Of a stretch of DNA of 64,000 bases, positions 62,058 to 64,000 are shown piece after piece; the stretch's first letter is position 1, and every line of letters starts with the position of its first letter. The stretch spans positions 26,270 to 90,269 of the forward strand of contig JAHCII010000001.1 in the NCBI GenBank assembly GCA_026129305.1. Reading direction: 5' to 3'. Made by a program: the position numbers and the translations under genes. A model generated the notes under the pieces. It saw nothing but the letters and a program-made list of their open reading frames with translations. It had not been told where the DNA came from and did not search any database. Source of the stretch: Anaerolineales bacterium (GTDB taxonomy: Bacteria; Chloroflexota; Anaerolineae; Anaerolineales; UBA11579).

Positions 62058-62086
62058 ATTATGCGGGCGAAAGCAAGGCTTGTCAA
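62058..62086 (-). promoter_or_regulatory. Promoter of the T-box/trpS unit
   Basis: Minus strand reads TTGACA (62086-62081), 17 nt spacer, CATAAT (62063-62058). Confidence 0.65.
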
Positions 62087-62092
62087 GCCAGG

Positions 62093-63973
62093 CTAGTCGC
62101 ACCATTCGGCATAACCGTAGTTTTCCATAGTCTGCAGCAACTGACTGCCCGCTTCGCTGCTGAAACCACAGAAGTCGGCCCGCGCCGCCGCCAGCTGATA
62201 GGGCACGAACAGCGGCAATGCAGGAATACGTTGTGCAAAGATGTTCTGCGCCAAGGCCTGGGCTTCGGCGTAGCCGGGCTCACCCGGCAGGCTGCTCAGC
62301 GCGGCCTGGCAGGCGGCATCGTACTCCGCATCCGCCCAGCCGGTAATGTTCCAGCCGCCCCAGCTGTAGCGATAGGTCAACAGGTCCTGCCCGGGGATGG
62401 CCTCGCTCAGGTACAGGTAGCAGGCTGGTCGGTCGCTGTGCGGCCAAGCGAACTGGGCCAGCTGGAAACGACGGCCAAAAACAGCCCCATCCGGCCCCGG
62501 CGCAAAGGCCTCGGCCGCCGGGCCGGTTTGCACATCCAGCGCAATGCCGCAGTCATCCAGGCTGGAGCGCAGCAGGCCGGCGATCGCCGCCGCGGCCAGG
62601 CTGTCGCTGGTGATCAGAGTTAGCTGCAGCGGCACGCCAAAGGCAGCGCCTGGGTAGAACTGGTTGACGCGCGTGCCTTCCGGGCCAGCCAGCCAGCCAA
62701 TCTCCTCCAGCAAGGCACTGCCTTCACTGGGGGAATAGGGAATGCCGTAGCCGGCCGCGATCAGATGCTCCGGCTGATAGCTGTTAAGCACCTGCCCCTG
62801 GCCAAAGGCCAGTTGATCAACCATGGCCTGGCGGTCGATGCACATGGCGATGGCTTCACGCATGCGCACATCGCCGAACCAATCTGGGTTGTCCTGGAAG
62901 ACATTAAAGCCATCGTCATGGCTGATCTCACGGATGCCGAAGCTGAGCTGCTCCCAGCGCCCGCTGGAAGCATAATGCAGCTGCGCCCCGGCCGCCTGCA
63001 GCGCTTCAGCCTGGTCGGCCAAAGCGTCAGCGGGCAGCAGCAAGTCACAATTGCCATTTTGCAGGTCCGCCGCGCTGTGCACGCCAAAAATAATATTGAG
63101 GGTGCTGAACTTGGGCAACCCTTCCGCAGCCCGGAAGTAGTTGGGGTTGCGCTCCAGCACAATGCGCTGGCCGGGCTGCCATTCGCGTAGGCTGTAGGCG
63201 CCCCAACCCAGCGGCTGGCGGCTGCTGGCCTGGGCCGTGAGCAAGTCGGCGGCAGAGCTGCCGCCCCAGGCGTGGAGCGGCAGCGGCGTCCAAAAGTGGG
63301 TTTGGTAGCCCTGGTCCAGGTAGCCCGGCAGCCCCTGCCACACAGCGCGCTCGCCTTCGGCAGTGTAGCTGGCGGTGCGCTGCACCAGACTTTTGTCGCC
63401 CGGCGTGGCTGGGTCGGCGGCGAGTTCAAAGGAATACAGCGAGTCGGCGGCGGTCAACGGCGCCCCATCCGCCCAGGTCAGGCCCGGCAGCAGCATGAAG
63501 GTCACGCTGAGCTGGTCCATCTGTACCTCACCCTCGCGGTATTCGATAACACAGTTGCCGTCCCGGCAGCCTGCCGGGCGGATGCGCAGGCCCGGCTCAA
63601 GTGGGCGCACCTGGCCGTCGGCGTCCACCACCAGGGTGCCGCGGCCCACGCTGACTGCCTGCAAAGTCGCCCCGCCGTTATCCAGGCTGGGCACGCTCTG
63701 CAAGATCACCGCTTGCGGCTGGTAGCCCTGGCTGTCAAAGGGGCCGTCGTAGATCGCCTGGCGCACCAAGCGCGCCGCGGCGGAATTGTCCGCATACAGA
63801 TATAACGAAGCCGGCTCGGTCGCCGCGCAAATATTGAGGGTCTGCGGGCCAGCCGGGGTGGGTGTGGCGCTGGGCTCCGGCGGGGTTACTGGACCAGGGC
63901 CGGCGCAAGCGGCCAGCAGCAGGGCAAAAACGATGAATGCAATCAAGTACCAGGGAGATTTGGCGATAGGCAT
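62093..63973 (-). CDS. Family-5 ABC substrate-binding lipoprotein (peptide/nickel type)
   Basis: Lipobox 'LLLAACAG', SBP_bac_5-like sequence, 626 aa. No cognate permease lies within the window downstream of it. Confidence 0.8.
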   Translation of the reverse strand: MPIAKSPWYLIAFIVFALLLAACAGPGPVTPPEPSATPTPAGPQTLNICAATEPASLYLYADNSAAARLVRQAIYDGPFDSQGYQPQAVILQSVPSLDNGGATLQAVSVGRGTLVVDADGQVRPLEPGLRIRPAGCRDGNCVIEYREGEVQMDQLSVTFMLLPGLTWADGAPLTAADSLYSFELAADPATPGDKSLVQRTASYTAEGERAVWQGLPGYLDQGYQTHFWTPLPLHAWGGSSAADLLTAQASSRQPLGWGAYSLREWQPGQRIVLERNPNYFRAAEGLPKFSTLNIIFGVHSAADLQNGNCDLLLPADALADQAEALQAAGAQLHYASSGRWEQLSFGIREISHDDGFNVFQDNPDWFGDVRMREAIAMCIDRQAMVDQLAFGQGQVLNSYQPEHLIAAGYGIPYSPSEGSALLEEIGWLAGPEGTRVNQFYPGAAFGVPLQLTLITSDSLAAAAIAGLLRSSLDDCGIALDVQTGPAAEAFAPGPDGAVFGRRFQLAQFAWPHSDRPACYLYLSEAIPGQDLLTYRYSWGGWNITGWADAEYDAACQAALSSLPGEPGYAEAQALAQNIFAQRIPALPLFVPYQLAAARADFCGFSSEAGSQLLQTMENYGYAEWCD

Positions 63974-64000
63974 GCAGGGGATTATATCGGCTGGCCTGGA

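Noticed and set aside
61854-62105. 83-aa minus-strand ORF upstream of trpS
   Set aside because: The region is fully explained by a T-box leader RNA (specifier, T-box sequence, terminator) and its promoter.
1-64000. CRISPR arrays, rRNA and tRNA genes
   Set aside because: I saw no regularly spaced direct repeats and no tRNA-like GGTTCGAATCC/T-loop signatures in intergenic regions. Nearly all sequence is accounted for by protein-coding genes. A proper tRNAscan or CRISPR finder run would still be needed to be certain.

Overview
A 64 kb stretch of a high-GC, gene-dense bacterial chromosome with about 65 supportable CDS. Gene content suggests Chloroflexota/Anaerolineae, but that is only inference: Pro/Thr-linker lipoproteins, an Nbr1-FW-like domain, a T-box leader, and a complex I operon with two NuoM subunits. 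I found no rRNA, tRNA, CRISPR array, integrase or transposase.

Gene order:
- Start of window: TlpA-like 3' end, Rrf2 regulator, DEAD-box helicase, REP-like repeats, panD, SDR, and lexA with a GAAC-N4-GTTC operator inside its own promoter.
- 5683-10348: a five-gene operon bounded by terminators (ATP-grasp, PglC-like phosphoglycosyltransferase, TPP-dependent E1 alpha, E1 beta, chimeric E2).
- Next: orphan SPPY DNA methyltransferase, CXXCH/beta-propeller lipoprotein, O-methyltransferase, rpsO-pnp, and a ~1 kb AT-rich islet carrying one SHOCT-domain gene.
- Then: GH5/discoidin glycosidase, wHTH protein, ECF sigma/anti-sigma pair, and murE.
- Respiratory block: an F0-only atp operon (Z/I, a, c, b fused to the delta C-terminus) directly downstream of a membrane-arm-only nuo operon (A-H-J-K-L-M-M-N).
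- Rest of window: P5C dehydrogenase, a Dpp/Opp-type ABC transporter, rsgA, PBP2, maf, xpt-guaA, holA, a PLD/ICMT-like pair, T-box-controlled trpS, and a second family-5 binding protein.

The best candidate for something undescribed is the 9254-10348 gene and its operon. The protein keeps an E2-type lipoyl domain and subunit-binding domain, but a PglD/NeuD-type sugar acyltransferase sits where the CoA-acyltransferase core should be. This suggests a 2-oxoacid-driven, CoA-independent N-acylation of an amino sugar feeding a polyprenyl-phosphate glycan pathway.

Limits: all assignments come from reading motifs by eye. Start codons are approximate because the ORF track uses alternative starts. The many long antisense ORFs are high-GC shadow ORFs.
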